NCBI GenBank assembly: GCA_013265495.1
Contig: MU058221.1
Span: 2,852,001-2,916,000 of the forward strand
From: Vicugna vicugna
Lineage: Eukaryota
Direction: 5' to 3'
DNA length: 64,000 bases
Shown: positions 13,416-26,455 of the stretch, in pieces
Layout of the letters: each line of letters begins with the position of its first letter
Numbering within the stretch: position 1 is the first letter of the stretch
Notes under the pieces: model-generated
What the model was told of the DNA's origin: nothing
Database searches by the model: none
What the model saw: only the letters and a program-made list of their open reading frames with translations
Translations under genes and position numbers: made by a program

Positions 13416-13899
13416 ACTGGATAGCGCTCACTCAGCGCTCGGCCAGGAAGCAGTCTGACGCGGGACACGCAGGGGCGGCCTGATCATAAGCGGTGCCACA
13501 GGTCGTACAAATTCAAGTTCAGAATAAACGCCAAGGCTTTTCTATCCCGCCTCTTCAGACATAATGTCTATGAGATGTAGGCCTTGGTGTCAACACAGCT
13601 CGGGGGAGATACTGAAACGCGGCTGGGAAAGCCCTTGGTCATGGTCTCTTCATGAAGGTTTCCTTCTCTGAATAGAGTCCGGTCAGCACCCTGCCTGCTT
13701 GTCATGGTGCTGTGTCTAGGCGACACGAGAGCAAGAACGTCTCCCAGAAGTTTGGAGGACATGAGAATGCAAACGGATCAGGGCAGTCCATCCTCAGGGC
13801 TGGCGCCTCAGTACACGGCGATCATTCATCAGGGATATGACCTAATTCAATATGCATGCTTAATTCTACGTTTAGGAGAATTAAACATTTTAATATTTA

Positions 13900-14138
13900 T
13901 TTTATTGTTTAAATTTCATTTTATTGAGTTATAGTCATTTTACAATGCTGTGTCAAATTCCAGCGTAGAGCACAATTTTTCAGTTATACATGAACATACA
14001 TATATTCATTGTCACATTCTTTTTCGCTGTGAGCTACCACAAGATCTTGCATACATTTCCCTGTGCTACACAGTATAATCTTGTTTATCTATTCTGTATA
14101 TACCTGTCAGTATCTACAAATTTCGAACTCCCAGTCTG
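13900..14138 (-). mobile_element. Camelid-type L1 3' terminal fragment
   Basis: Reverse complement of the same subfamily as 4230-4379 (ttattgagttatagtcattttacaat..tagagcacaatttttcagttatac). Confidence 0.9.
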
Positions 14139-14186
14139 CACATATTTTAAAATAATCCTATCATATGTATGTGATTACATCATATA

Positions 14187-14266
<80 letters not shown>
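14187..14266 (+). repeat. Compound (TG)n(TA)n microsatellite
   Basis: About 12 TG units followed by about 25 TA units. Confidence 0.95.
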
Positions 14267-14270
<4 letters not shown>

Positions 14271-14288
14271 GATCCATCAACTACCAAA

Positions 14289-14490
14289 TTTTTTCTTTTT
14301 TTTTAATTGGGGTATAGCAGATTTACAATGTTGTGTTAACTTCTGGTATACAGCATAGTGATTCATTTATACATAAATATATATTCCTTTTCATATTCTT
14401 TTTCATTCTAGGCCATTACGAGGTATTGGATACAGTTCCCTGTGCTGTGCAGGAGGACCTTGCTGTTTCCCTGTTTTATACACAGTAGTT
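14289..14490 (-). mobile_element. L1 3' terminal fragment
   Basis: T-tract, then ttctggtatacagcatagtgattca..cagttccctgtgctgt. Confidence 0.88.
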
Positions 14491-15994
14491 CATCAACTTT
14501 TTGTACCTCCTTAATAAACACATTTTTCTAACATGACACATCAGGGAAAATAAGTTATTTTTAAAATTGGATGAGCTTATGTTTGTGATGCCTGAAATAA
14601 CCTAAATATTTTAGATAACCAAAATAGTGGGCTAAGTTGGGAGAAAGATAACCTACTTTCTTGTCGATATTCAGTATCATATATTGGGCAGTTCTCAAGG
14701 GAGAGGGTAATTCTCCCTTAGTCAAGGCTAGACTCTGGGTAACTGTGAGTAATTTTTCTTCAAATTGCTTGGTGTGTAGAAATTTTAAACCTGTCTTTCT
14801 AAGTCCCAAGTATATCTCTCAGTTTCTAATTTATTTAAACAAAGTATCTTTTTTTCATTGTAACTTCTGGGTATATTTGAAATTCCCACAAGAAAGTACA
14901 AAAAGGAATCAGACACTATTTCCAGGCATGAACGTAACACTTACGACCAGAATCAGGGAGCCACACGCACCAACAGACACAACTGTGACAGGAACCTCTT
15001 GTCTCTGATAAAATTTCAGTTACCAGAAATTGCCGTAGAGAAAGCTTCCCTCGCCACTTCCCCGGCTACCTTACTGATGAAGAAGGAAGGAGCAAAAGAT
15101 GGCCAAGCACGCTGCGGTGACAGATTTCTGATTGGAAAGTAAGTTCACTAATGTGTCTCCCTCCTGCTCGGTCCACGGTGACCCTGGCTCCTGGAAGGCG
15201 TGTCGCACTGTCTCCGTGCTTCAGGTTTCCTCTGTGGATGATGCTTGAATCCCTCCTAGCCATTCACAGATGGTGATTTGACACACTCCTTCCGTCGTGG
15301 GGAGTGAGGAGTAAGACTCAGATTGTCGGACACCGGTCGCGGGGAGCTCCAGACCCTCCCCAGATGCCCTGAAGCTCAGGCAGGGAGCCTTCTCATAACC
15401 ATCCTAGCCAAAGGACTGTTTTTGTTGTTGATCCCTCTCTGCAGTTCTCAACAGACTTGCTGAGTAACTGTGTTCTTGTGAAAATTACTCCCTGACGTCA
15501 GGAATTCAGGTCGGGGGGAGGGGAGAAGTAATTTTTCATCTGGAAACCAATGACCGATGGCCTGAGTGGAACCGGTGTTTCTGCCATAAATGAACGTTGT
15601 GATCTGGGACAAGGGACTTTACCTTTAAATGTCTTTTCTCATAAAAAAATAAGAATAATAATGAGCATCTCCGAGTATCGTCATGGAAGTCAGATCACAC
15701 AAGGTGTGCGAGGAATCCAGGGACTCTGACTCGGGCCACCGGGGAAGATGGGTGCAGAACTTGGAGGCGGGAGCTTCCGAGCACAGCAGGGAGCTGTCTC
15801 TGATTCCACAGGCAAGATTGGCTTCACTCCTGTGAGGGTGCCTGTCTCGCCTTCCTGTTCCTGTCCAGTTAATCATTTCAGGGGATGGGAAGAGAGACAC
15901 ACACCCAGACCCAGAAATCCTTGTCCTATGGGGAAACATCGAGACAAAGATCCACGGATTTTCCTCCAGCTTCATATCTCTAATTAAAAATGTG

Positions 15995-16462
15995 TATTTT
16001 TAAAATTTTTATTAAAAAATTAATACAAATTTTAAAGGTTAGGTCCGTTTATAGTTATTACAAATTATTGGCTACATCCCCTGTGTTGTACATTGCATTC
16101 TTGTAGCCTGTCTAACACTCAGTAGATCCTACTTTCCGTTCCCCATGTCCCATATTTCCCATGCCTCCTCCCCGCTGGTAACCACTACTTTGTTCTCTGT
16201 ATCTGTGAGTCTGCTTCTGTTTTGTTATATTCCCTAGTTTGCTCTGTTTTTTTTTAGATTCCACATCTGAGTGATATTATACAGTATTTGTCTTTTTCCG
16301 TCTGACTTACCTCATTTAGCATAATGCCCTCCCAGTCCATCCACGTTGCTGCAAATGGCAAGATTTTGTTCTTTTTGATGACTGAGTAGCATTCCACTGT
16401 ATATGCATACACTACATCTTTATCTTTTGATAGACTCTTAGGCTGCTTTCATATCTTGGCAG
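15995..16462 (-). mobile_element. L1 (L1MA9-like/cetartiodactyl) 3' UTR and ORF2 end
   Basis: ctggtaaccactactttgttctctgtatctgtgagtctg..agattccacatctgagtgatattatacagtatttgtcttt..gttgctgcaaatggcaagatt. Confidence 0.9.
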
Positions 16463-16463
16463 T

Positions 16464-16692
16464 GGAGATTTGTAAATATTAACCACAATTTATAAAATAG
16501 AATAAAAAACAAATTTCTTCTGTATAACACAGGGAACTGTATTCAATATCTTGTAGTAACCTATAATGAAAAAGAATATGAAAACGAATATGTGTATGTG
16601 TTATGTATGACCGAAACATTATGCTGTACACCAGAAACTGACACACTGTGACTGATTGTACTTCAATTAAAAAAAATAAAATAAAATAAAAT
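16464..16692 (+). mobile_element. Camelid-type L1 3' terminal fragment
   Basis: cacagggaactgtattcaatatcttgtagtaacctataatgaaaaagaatatg..cttcaattaaaaaaaataaaataaaataaaa. Confidence 0.92.
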
Positions 16693-17679
16693 GACAATAT
16701 GAAAAAAATATTTAAATGAAAAATAACTAAACAGTTTGCTGAAGGAAACAATTAGTGTACAGTTTATGATTTCCTGTAAACATGGGAAAATGTGAACATT
16801 TAAATAAAATTGTTTGAGATTCACTAACAAATGGACCATAGAACAAAGACTACTGGGCTTTGTAAAGGATCATTTTGCTGTGGGGAGGAGCGAGTGTAGT
16901 TCAGTTCACCCTCTCTGCCAGGTACCTCTTGTGACTTGGGTAAAATTTATAAGGTAGATTTTAAGATTGAAAGTCTGCATCAGTCTCTACTTCGGGTTAA
17001 GTGTCTGCCAGTGAGGCATGGGAGCAATTCTCAGGTCCTCCAAAGTGATCCAGCTGTGTTCTCTCATCCCGAGAAGTCACAAACCTCAAGCTAAATGGTA
17101 GCCTGAGCAGTCTCCCCCTTTGATATAGACACACAATCCATGCTCCCTCCCTGTGGTATTCAGTGATCTGGCCTGTAGCTGAAGCTCCAGAAAAAGAGTC
17201 CACGCCAAAACCCTTAACACATCTCTCACGGCCATCTTTTTTATGGTTACCTGCAATATCGTCTCCAAAAAAAAAAAAAATCCTCTTCCCACCTGTGTAG
17301 TTAGAGGCATCCAAGTGGAGTGCCAGGAGTCTCATCTCCGCCCTGGGTCAGTACCGCTGTGTGCCGTTCGTTCCCATATTCAACATATGCAAAGTTTCCT
17401 ACTTCCTCCTTCCTCCCCCCAAGATATGTTGGTCAAGGGGTCTACATATGTATATCTTTCAATATTTCCAGGTGACTGTTCATATACTCAAAGTTTGAGC
17501 ACCACTGCTATATTGCAAAATGTCCCACAAGAAAAAACATTTCCAGGTGATACACACACGCCCATACATGCACACACACCATAAGGTGAGAACCACTGTC
17601 AGTGTTGTGCAAAAAAAAATCATTAAAAAATTCTTGTGCCTCAGTGTTTTGTTTTTAAAGAATTTGTAAAGTTTCCCCC

Positions 17680-17785
17680 CAATTTGATTGAGATATAATT
17701 GACATGTAACATTGTGTAAGTTTAAGGTGGGCACGTGATGATTTGGTAAACATATGTATCGCAAGATGATTTCCACCATAGATTC
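17680..17785 (-). mobile_element. Short L1 3' end fragment
   Basis: attgagatataattgacatgtaacattgtgtaagtttaaggtg. Confidence 0.75.
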
Positions 17786-18689
17786 TGTACCTCGGTGTCC
17801 TTATCTGAAAAAATAGGGTTAATGAAGGGGTTTGAAGAGGACTAGAATAGGAAAAGAAATCCGGCACAAAGCGAGGGTCCTCTGCACGGTGCTTCTTCCT
17901 CTAGTTTTTGTCAGTATGAGAAATGTCGGTGATACAGGCTAAGCAAACGCAGGGTCATCCCAGATACATAAAGGACAGGAGGATGCGAGTGTACGCACAG
18001 GTTCCAGCAAGTTGCTCTGGATACAGAGTGTGTCTGAGGGTCAGCTTACTTCTGCACTGAGGCGTTTATAGAAAGACCCGCTGTCTTGATTACAGGGGTC
18101 TGTGGAACTCATCTGCTCTAGCCTCCTCTCCCCTGCACCTTTTAAGCTATGGTACCTGGAGCCCTGGACCAACAGCCTCTCCCAGAGATGACCCGGAGAG
18201 GTCTCGCTCCTCTCTTATTTATTAGTTCAGCCAAACACGGCTCGATGTGTTTCAAGACAGATACGGCAACAATGCTACAGGGATATGAAGAAACCAGTGC
18301 TTAGCCTTGCAACAGTCCGCGATCATATTTAACAATAGGATTTGACCCTGGTGAATGTTATCAGAGAAACCAGTTGCACTCTTAAGTGATACCTTGTGGA
18401 GGTGTCCCCTTCCGCATCCGTAAAGCCAAAGGCCATGCGTTTTTAAGGACCCTATTCTTTCCACAATAAAACATGGCATCCAGATAGAATCTGCTTGGTT
18501 GTTTACTGAGAAGTGCACACGTCTGATGGAAGCTGAGTGCACTTCCTTTCCACGGTAGCCGTAAGTAAATTCCTATGTGATTGAAAATATGTAGTAAAAA
18601 TAAGATTTTTTTTGGCCCCAAACACCTAAGCAAGAGGTTCTGTTTGCTCCCACACAAGGGAAGGAACAAAGGATGTCTTTAATACCAGC

Positions 18690-18880
18690 TTTGATTTAAT
18701 CCTGGCTCTGCCCGTTAGCAACTATAAGACAAGAAGCAAATTGTTAAACCCCTGTAAGCCTCAGTTTCCTCATCTGTAAAGTGGGGATAATAATAGTAGC
18801 TGAGAAAGTGACATAGAATTAAATGGGATACTTTATGTAAATAGTATCTGGTCCAAAATACTGAATAAACTTTGCTGTTA
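18690..18880 (+). mobile_element. MIR SINE
   Basis: aatcctggctctgcc..aagcctcagtttcctcatctgtaaagtggggataataatagta (MIR core). Confidence 0.9.
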
Positions 18881-18927
18881 AAAATGATCCACTAAGTAAA
18901 TAAGGTGGTGGTGTTGTTTTTAAATGA

Positions 18928-19079
18928 TAGCCAGCCCTTTATGGCTGCAGGCACTGCATCCTTCAGTAGGGGTGGCCAACTGTACCACATCATTATATAT
19001 AAGGGACTTGAGCATCAGAGGATTTTGGTATCTGCAGCGGACCTGGAACGAATTCCTTGCGGATACTGAGCATGACTGT
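18928..19079 (-). mobile_element. MER2-family (TcMar-Tigger) MITE
   Basis: Reverse complement cagtcatgctcagtatccg..gttccagg..gataccaaaatcc..gatgctcaagtcccttatata matches the MER2 terminus. Confidence 0.8.
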
Positions 19080-20779
19080 CTCCTATGCATTTATTCTGCC
19101 TTCTTGTTTAGACTGTCTGCTGGCCATATATTCTGCGGGGATGCGGAGGAACTGCAATCTCGCAGCCCTGCTGTGGGAGCCCAGAAAGAAAGGCTAGCGA
19201 GCCTTTAAGGGGAAGCAAGACATAAATTCAAGAGACTGCAGAAGGATCTCACTGAACTGAGCCTGGAATTGCATGAACAGAAACTGTTAAGAGTTATTTC
19301 CTATTCAAAAAGGACTTGCTGCATTATTAAATTCCACCATACCGGGAGCTGTGCTCCCTCACATTTGTGCTTTCAAATCTTACTTATTACAGCTCCAGCC
19401 TAGATGGGGTGAAGGAAGCTGGGGAAGGATCCGCTGGGCAATAGATCAGAAAGCAGGTATTTGTAGAGTTGAGAACAGCTCCAGCTTTCCACCTACGTTT
19501 GTGAGTTGCTTTTAACTTTTCGAAACACTTTCATTTCTCCCTTCTGTCGGGGTTGGTAGCAAGGAGCTAGGCAGACAGTGAACCAGGACCCCTAGATGTA
19601 AATCTCCTAGGTAATGAAACATCGATGCCTCTGCGTACTCATCTCACCCCGTACAAACCTTCCAAATAGCACGAACACTGTGACGATTTATAACAGCACA
19701 TTCATTTATTGGGTACCCACCACGTGCATAATATATGCAGAAATTTAACACCAAATCTCGTGTTTTAGTGACTCTCCTAAAATCCAGAAGATTTAGTCCT
19801 ATGCTTGGAAATAAACGAAGGGACAGAAACAGGTGGAAGCTTCTACCCTGAGCTGCCTTAAGAGAGCAGACCCTTGGAAAGGGAATGGCATTTTACTATC
19901 CATGTATATTTAAATGGCTAAAGTCCCTTCCAAGAGACAAAGAGGGCAGAGAAGCTTGGAAAAGAGTGATTTTTAAGGACCCACAGGGGTGGGAGCAAAT
20001 ACAGCTGAGCACGTGGAGGACAGAGAGATGGTATTAGCCGGTGCCGCCAGCTGTGTGCTCGGAGGTGGGGGGGTGTGCTGTGGAGAAAGAAGGGACCTCA
20101 GTAAAATTTAATTCGTGACCTGTTTCTGTGACCCCATATCTTGCTGAGTTAAACAGATCTCAGTCCCTGCCAGCTGGCACTCATTTGGAAAAATGAACAA
20201 ACAAAGACGTAACCGTTAACGAGTCACTTCTAAACCTGTAGAGTCCTTAAGTGGGAAGAGATTTCAGAGGAGGATGAGGAAAAAATAGATAAATGAGGAA
20301 GAGGCAGGCAGAGATGTTAGCTGACCTGCCCAGGTTAACATTTCTCCTGGGACCAGCTCCGATTGCCTGTTACGTTGCTTTTTGTCCTAACCGTCCTAGA
20401 ATTCACCAAAGGGAACAGGTGTTCTCTTAAGTAAAACATTCTCATTTGCTTATCATTTGACTCACTGGCCCAGAGCAATGAGAATCCTTTATGGAAAACG
20501 GGCGTGGCATAGGGGACCGGTGGCTTCTCCCCAGACCTGGGTTACTAAGAGTCACCTGCCACCCTTCCTCGGCCGCTTTCTGATGTTTCTGTCCTGATGG
20601 GACACATTTTGATACTGTCTGCCCTCTTGTCATCTGGGTTTCATGTTTTCTCTCTTTTGTGCCTCTTCCTAAATTGTTCCTCTCTCTCAAAGTTGTGCTC
20701 CCATCCCACCGACCCTATGCCTTCTCTACATGGGATCCAGCCTGCCCATCTGAGCTGACCTGCTCTTCATCACAGTGTT

Positions 20780-20905
20780 GATGAAAGTCTTAGCTCCCCG
20801 ACAAGACAATGACCCCCATGGAGGGTAGTAACTAAGTCTTGTGCTTCCCCTCAACCCCTCAATAGCACATCAAGGGTCTTCAATAAACCTTGCTGAGTGA
20901 ACACA
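20780..20905 (+). mobile_element. L2 3' end fragment
   Basis: agcacatcaagggtcttcaataaaccttgctgagtgaa resembles the L2 terminus. Confidence 0.5.
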
Positions 20906-20949
20906 GCATTGTCATTACCTCAACAAAAATTGTTCAGAAATTTTCAGAT

Positions 20950-21825
20950 TTTTTTTATTGAATTGTAGTTGATTGACATCATATTAGCTTCAGTTGTAGA
21001 ACATAGTGATTCAGTATTTTTATAGATTATACCCCACTTAAAGTTATTATAAAATGTTGGCTATATTCATTCCCTGTGTTGTACAATATATCCTTGTAGC
21101 TTATTTATTTTATACACAGTAAGTTGTACCTCTTAATTCCATACCCCTATTTGCCCCTCTCCCTTTGCTCTCCTCATTGATAACCACAAATCTGTTCTCT
21201 ATATCTGTGCCTGTTTCTTTTTTGCTGTATTCACCAGTTTGTTTTACTTTTCAAATTACACATATAAGAAATATCATACAGTGTTTGTCTTTCCCTGACT
21301 TATTTCACTAAGTATAATACCCTTCAGGTTCATTCTTTTTCTTGCAAATGGCAAGATTTCATTCTTTTTTTCTGGCTGAGTAATATTCCATCACATATAT
21401 ACCACTTCTTTATCCATTCATCTGCTGATGGACACTTAGGTTGCTTCTATGTCTTAGCTGTTACAAATAATACTGCTGTGAACATTGGGGTGCAAGTATA
21501 TTTTCAAATCAGGGTTTTTGATTTCTTTGGATATACACCCAGGAGTGGAATTGCTGGGTCAAATGGTAGTTCTACTTTTAGTGTTTTGAGGAAACTTCAT
21601 GCTGTTCTCATAGTGTCTTCACCAAATTACATTCCCACCCTCAGTGTGCTGGGGCTCTCTTTTCCATGTCCTTCCCAACATTTGTTGTTTGTGGTCTTTT
21701 TATGATAGCTGTTCTGACAGGTGTGAGGGGATGTCTCATTGTAGTTCAGATTTGCATTTCTCTGATTATTATGATGTTGAGGATAATTTCATGTGCCTAT
21801 TGTCCATTTATCTGCCATTTTGCTA
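20950..21825 (-). mobile_element. L1 3' UTR and ORF2 C-terminus (L1MA9-like/cetartiodactyl)
   Basis: T-tract, 3' UTR, then ggatatacacccaggagtggaattgctgggtcaaatggtagttct, antisense ORF2. Confidence 0.93.
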
Positions 21826-23704
21826 TTTGCATTCTTTATGTCTTCCTTATTTTGTATTATTATGTTCCCAATTGACTGATCTCTTTAGTGATAAACACTT
21901 TTTTAGTGCAAAAAAAGTAAACAAAATTGTATGCTAGAATTACAACTATAAAAACAGGTATACATTTGGACAAAGTATGCATGAGAATATATGAAATTAA
22001 ATAGCTGTTTCAGAGTGATGGAATTATGGATAATTTTTTTTCTTCAAAATGTTCTGTAATATTATATTGTTTTTGTAACACAAATACTGTGCCTATGAAA
22101 AGAATTATCATGAATAAAGCAATCAGAGATTGTCTTGAAAAAAAAAAAAACAGTTACATGAAATCAAGACAACCCAGATGACAGATGTAGTACATTTTTT
22201 GGAATCACTTGAAGCACAAGGCGTTTCCCGGAAGCCTAAGATGGCGGCTTAACCAAAGAGTGCTGACAGCAAGAGAGTGGGGAGAGAGACGGGAGAGGGG
22301 GTTTGAGGGCGACAGGCCTACCACAGACACCTTTTAAGACTGCTTCTCTTTCCTTTCTTCTGACTTCAACTTTGATTCATGTTGCTACACACACTGTCAA
22401 TACATTTTTCCAGCTCTCTGTTCTTCCACTGGCCTCTCAGATCCATATAGCAAATGACTCTGCAGCTCCCCCCAAACCACCTAAGGATGATCAGTTACAC
22501 TGGGGTGAAATGCCAGGAAGGAGGCTCCTGTCCAGCCTTTTTGAGCAGTTTTGTATTGTGATGTATCGAAACACGTGGAGAGCGGCCAGCCGGAGAATGA
22601 GGGGACAAGGGAGGGTGTCTCTGTGGTTGGCACTAACTACTATGGAAATCCAAATAGGTTACGTTTCAGTGCCCACACTTAAATCCCAGTAAGGGACAGG
22701 ACTGGATTCTGATTGTGTCTGTTTATCACTCTCCTCTGATGTTTTGTGAAATTTGAATAAACGGGCATAATACAACAGGGAGACATCTCTCCTTATATTT
22801 CCAGCATTTTTGAAATGTAGTTAAAAACAAAATAGGCTATCCAAAATGGTCTATCCTTCTGACACTTTAATGCTGACCACTCTGGTGAGGTCGTCTACAA
22901 ATATTCTAATTTTTTGCTTTGTCCAGTCTGTTCTCAAAAAGATGAGGCTGTGACAGCTAATTACTTTTTTTTTTTTGAAAAAAAGAGAGAAATGAGACAT
23001 TATCTGGATGACATGCTTTTTGTCCTGGCCTAAGACAGTTAGGAAAGAGTCACCCTGCAATTCCGTCAAGAAGTTTTCTTTTCAGTACATTGTTTATTTG
23101 CTGTAATACATCCAGCCTCAGAGACCCTGGCTTTCTACACCTGGCCTATAAAAATACAAAGAATCAGGACAGCTGTTCTGTTCAGTTGAGACCCTCACTG
23201 CCATACCCATGGGAACTTCGTAACGGATACCTGTTCAAATCAGTATGGAACTGAGGAAGAGAAAATATACAGATATTTTGAAATAATGAGAAACTTTCCC
23301 AGCTTTTACACGCTGCCTGGAACCCATGCCATTGCCTAGAGAATTGCAATCCCCTCATGAGCAGAACTGGCCCAAATAATTATCTAATGCTTGGAGCAAC
23401 ACAAATATGATTTCTTGGACTGCTAAGTTTTGAACAAATGGGAGATGTGGGAGGAAGGGAGGAAGAGGAAACACGTTTAGCAGTCACCAACTACAAAAAA
23501 AAATTACTTTCAACCTCATCATTTACTGAAATAGTGAAATATTTCAAGTTTCCAAAACTCTTTAGCCTGACTTAACATCACTCCTGCCCACATCCAAATG
23601 CCAAGGTAGATGCCTTTCCTTGGTCTCATTTTTTGTAGATTTTTGTATTCAGAGGACTGTGGACAAAATTTCTTTTCTTCAGCCATCTATTCTCTGGCAG
23701 AACA

Positions 23705-23910
23705 CCTATTCATACAACATTTTGTAATTCCTAGAACTGTACTAACTACTTTAAACATATCATCTGGTTTATAAGTTGCCAGTTTATAGGGAACAAAATC
23801 TAAAACCGGAGAAGTGAGTACTTACTCAAGATGGCACATCGACTACCATGAATAAGTCAGGAATGTCAACTTAGATGTCTGAGGTCAGAGCTATGTTCCT
23901 CCTCTCATGT
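23705..23910 (-). mobile_element. MIR SINE (degenerate)
   Basis: agaagtgagtacttactcaagatggcaca..tgtctgaggtcagagct. Confidence 0.55.
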
Positions 23911-24139
23911 CCTTGAATGTGCCCTTGGGAGAACCATGGGGCCTGAAAGAAGGCCATCACACAGTCTTCAAAGAGTTTGCATTAATGGGAGAGGGGCAAG
24001 GAAAATGCCAGATTTACACCTATAGATGAGTTGGAACATCATAAAAGCACACAGAAGAGTGATAAACTACATTAACCAAGCATGGTATTGGAAGGGCTTC
24101 TCAAAGGAGTTCAGTTTATTTCAATAATATTTATTAATG

Positions 24140-24582
24140 TCGCTACATCAGGATTCCTGCGGGTGAGGCACTTTACCTGGCTGGGGCAGACTGCCTTACC
24201 CAAGGCCAACTCTAAATCCCCTTTGGTGTAATCCTCCTATGCTTTAGAGGCTAGAAAGCTAAAAATCGTCAGTGTGCCTTTTGTGTGTGACCTAAATTCC
24301 AATCGTGTAAGACTTGGAAAGAAGAAGTCCAAAGTGTGGAGAAGCAGCCACAAGCACGGACTGGCTCTTTGAAAAAATTCGGTGGCTTGAGTGTCATCAT
24401 AGAACAGAAGGGACTGTGGGTTTTTGTTGAGGTCCGTTTTGCTAAAAAGCCGTTTTCCCTGCCCCTACCATCTAGCATCTGGGCTACTAGAAAATCTACG
24501 AGATAATTGTAATAAATCCCTTTCTGTGTAACAGAGCTGTGAGAGATTATGACATTTACTGCTAAAAGCTTTGAGAGATACA
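24140..24582 (+). mobile_element. ERVL LTR, LTR33-like (5' LTR of provirus remnant)
   Basis: tagaggctagaaagctaaaaa..aagacttggaa..aataaatccctttctg..gataca, followed by ERVL internal sequence. Confidence 0.7.
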
Positions 24583-24904
24583 ATAAATGGTCTCAGAATG
24601 GTTTCAGGCAAGGTACTGGGAGCTGGGGTTCTTTACCTGACCGGGCTGGGCTGAAGGTAGGGGTAGTCTAGTTGGTGGTGGAGACTGGAACGCTGGTCGT
24701 CTGCAACACTTAATGGGAAAAGGTGTCAAATTACGACCATCTTCGAAGAATTAATGGCAGTGGGATGAGCTGCTGCTTCCAACTGAACTGGGAAGCATGA
24801 AGCAAGAAACGATAGAGGCCGGTTATCAACTGGTCAAAGAACCGGGGGGTTTCTACAGCTACCCTCAGAAATATCTAAAATTCCTTCTAGGTATTGGGTA
24901 TTAC

Positions 24905-25125
24905 AACTGGGTGTTCCAGATTGATAGGTACTAACTACTATAAATAGACACACAACAGGTTTCTTCTGTACAGCACAGGGAACTATATTCAATATCTTGT
25001 AGTGACCCATCATGAAAAAGAATAGGAAAGCGAATATGTGCAGGTATGTGTGTGACTGAGCTACTATGCTGCGCGCCAGAAACTGATGCAACATGGCAAA
25101 CCGACTAGAATTCAAAAACCAAAAA
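24905..25125 (+). mobile_element. Camelid-type L1 3' fragment inserted in ERVL
   Basis: tactaactactataaatagac..cagcacagggaactatattcaatatcttgtag..A-tail. Confidence 0.9.
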
Positions 25126-26044
25126 GTCAGATCCAGAGCCTGGTGGTGAAGTTGATGAAAAAGCACAGGCAGAATTCAGATCTTTGCCAGGTTTTGCGCA
25201 AAAACGTGGATACTGGTAGGGGAAAAGTTTAACATAAAAATTTCTCATGTGAGTACTTGAAATGATCTAGTTGACTTTGAATACTCTGAACCCCCAAATG
25301 TACAGAATGTCACCAGACGGTTCTAGCAGCCGCTTACTCCCCCAGGCTGGTGAGGTGCTTCCTGCTTTATTTGAAAACCATGTTATCCGTCATTTCCCAA
25401 GGGAATGCCTGTTTTTCTCTGTATCCCATCCAACCATCTATGTAACTACAGATATATCTCAGTTTGACTGAAAGGACCTGAGGTTCAAGTCCAGGAAGAT
25501 AAACTGTTTCTAATTTAGACCAGCAAATGCCTGGAACTTGTTTACTGAAGACTAGATGTGAGTGGCTAATGAGAAATGAAGTTGAGATGCCAAAAATTCC
25601 AGAGTTTTATAGAAGAAAAATTAGACATGCCTATAGAGTTTAAAAAGATGGCACAGGCTTATCAAGGACCAACGGCTCACCTATGTTTAAATATGTTAAA
25701 GATAATAATGAAAATATCCATTCACAGTGACTTTGAGAAACGTCATGTTAGGGATGCATGAGCGTGTCTGTAAGGAGCTGTGGTGAAGAAACTCTTCAAT
25801 AAGGCAAGACTAGAGGTGCAAAGTGTCACCCTTGAGCTAGGCTGTCTGACAGCAGTGGGACTGATGGGATTCTGCAGTCAAGAAGAAGACCAAGAAACAA
25901 GACTGGGAGGAGTCCCTCAACAGTCAGTGAAGCTGGAGTGATCATCGAAGTGGTCTGGCAAGCAGCTAGCTTTGGCAGGGGCTACTGATCAAGGTGTCCC
26001 CGGGACTGAATCAGTCGGACAACACACTAAAATTCTACTTGAGC

Positions 26045-26455
26045 GTTACTGTAATGAAAACGCTGCTTTCGAAAAATGGCGGCTGGACGTAGGGCAGCCA
26101 CAACTGCAAACCATGCAGCTGGCTCTTCAGCCTGTTCTTGGATATTCAGAAGCCTCATAAAAAGGGCAGGCTGGGCATCTGAAGAAAATGAGACTGCAAG
26201 TAATATCACATGTCCAACATATAAATGTCTTCCCAGCTGTTCACGAAGCGAACAGTGGAATTCCAGCCTCGTGATTTTCCTTTTCTGTCTGCCTGTTCTG
26301 GAGGCTTTGGGTCTGTGTAGCCAGTGCATACCATGTGTAAGCCAATTTTATCTGATAGATCTACCTCTGTGTGTGTGTGTGTGTGTAGCCTTTATCTTCT
26401 TCCAGTCTGTCTCTGTCTACGTGTATATATTGTATGCTCAGATGACTAACACTCC
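26045..26455 (+). mobile_element. ERVL LTR, LTR41/MLT2-like, containing (TG)10
   Basis: ttccagcctcgtgattttcc..tgcctg..tagccag..gtaagccaatt..gatgactaaca. Confidence 0.6.

Noticed and set aside
15995..16692. Head-to-head L1 fragments as a twin-primed insertion
   Set aside because: Both halves carry their own 3' UTR from different subfamilies, so these are two separate insertions.
18510..18545. 9-bp inverted repeat gaagtgcac/gtgcacttc
   Set aside because: Too short; expected by chance in 64 kb.
24168..24210. actttacctggctggggcaga resembling the U1 snRNA 5' end
   Set aside because: Similarity ends after about 20 nt and lies within an LTR33-like LTR.
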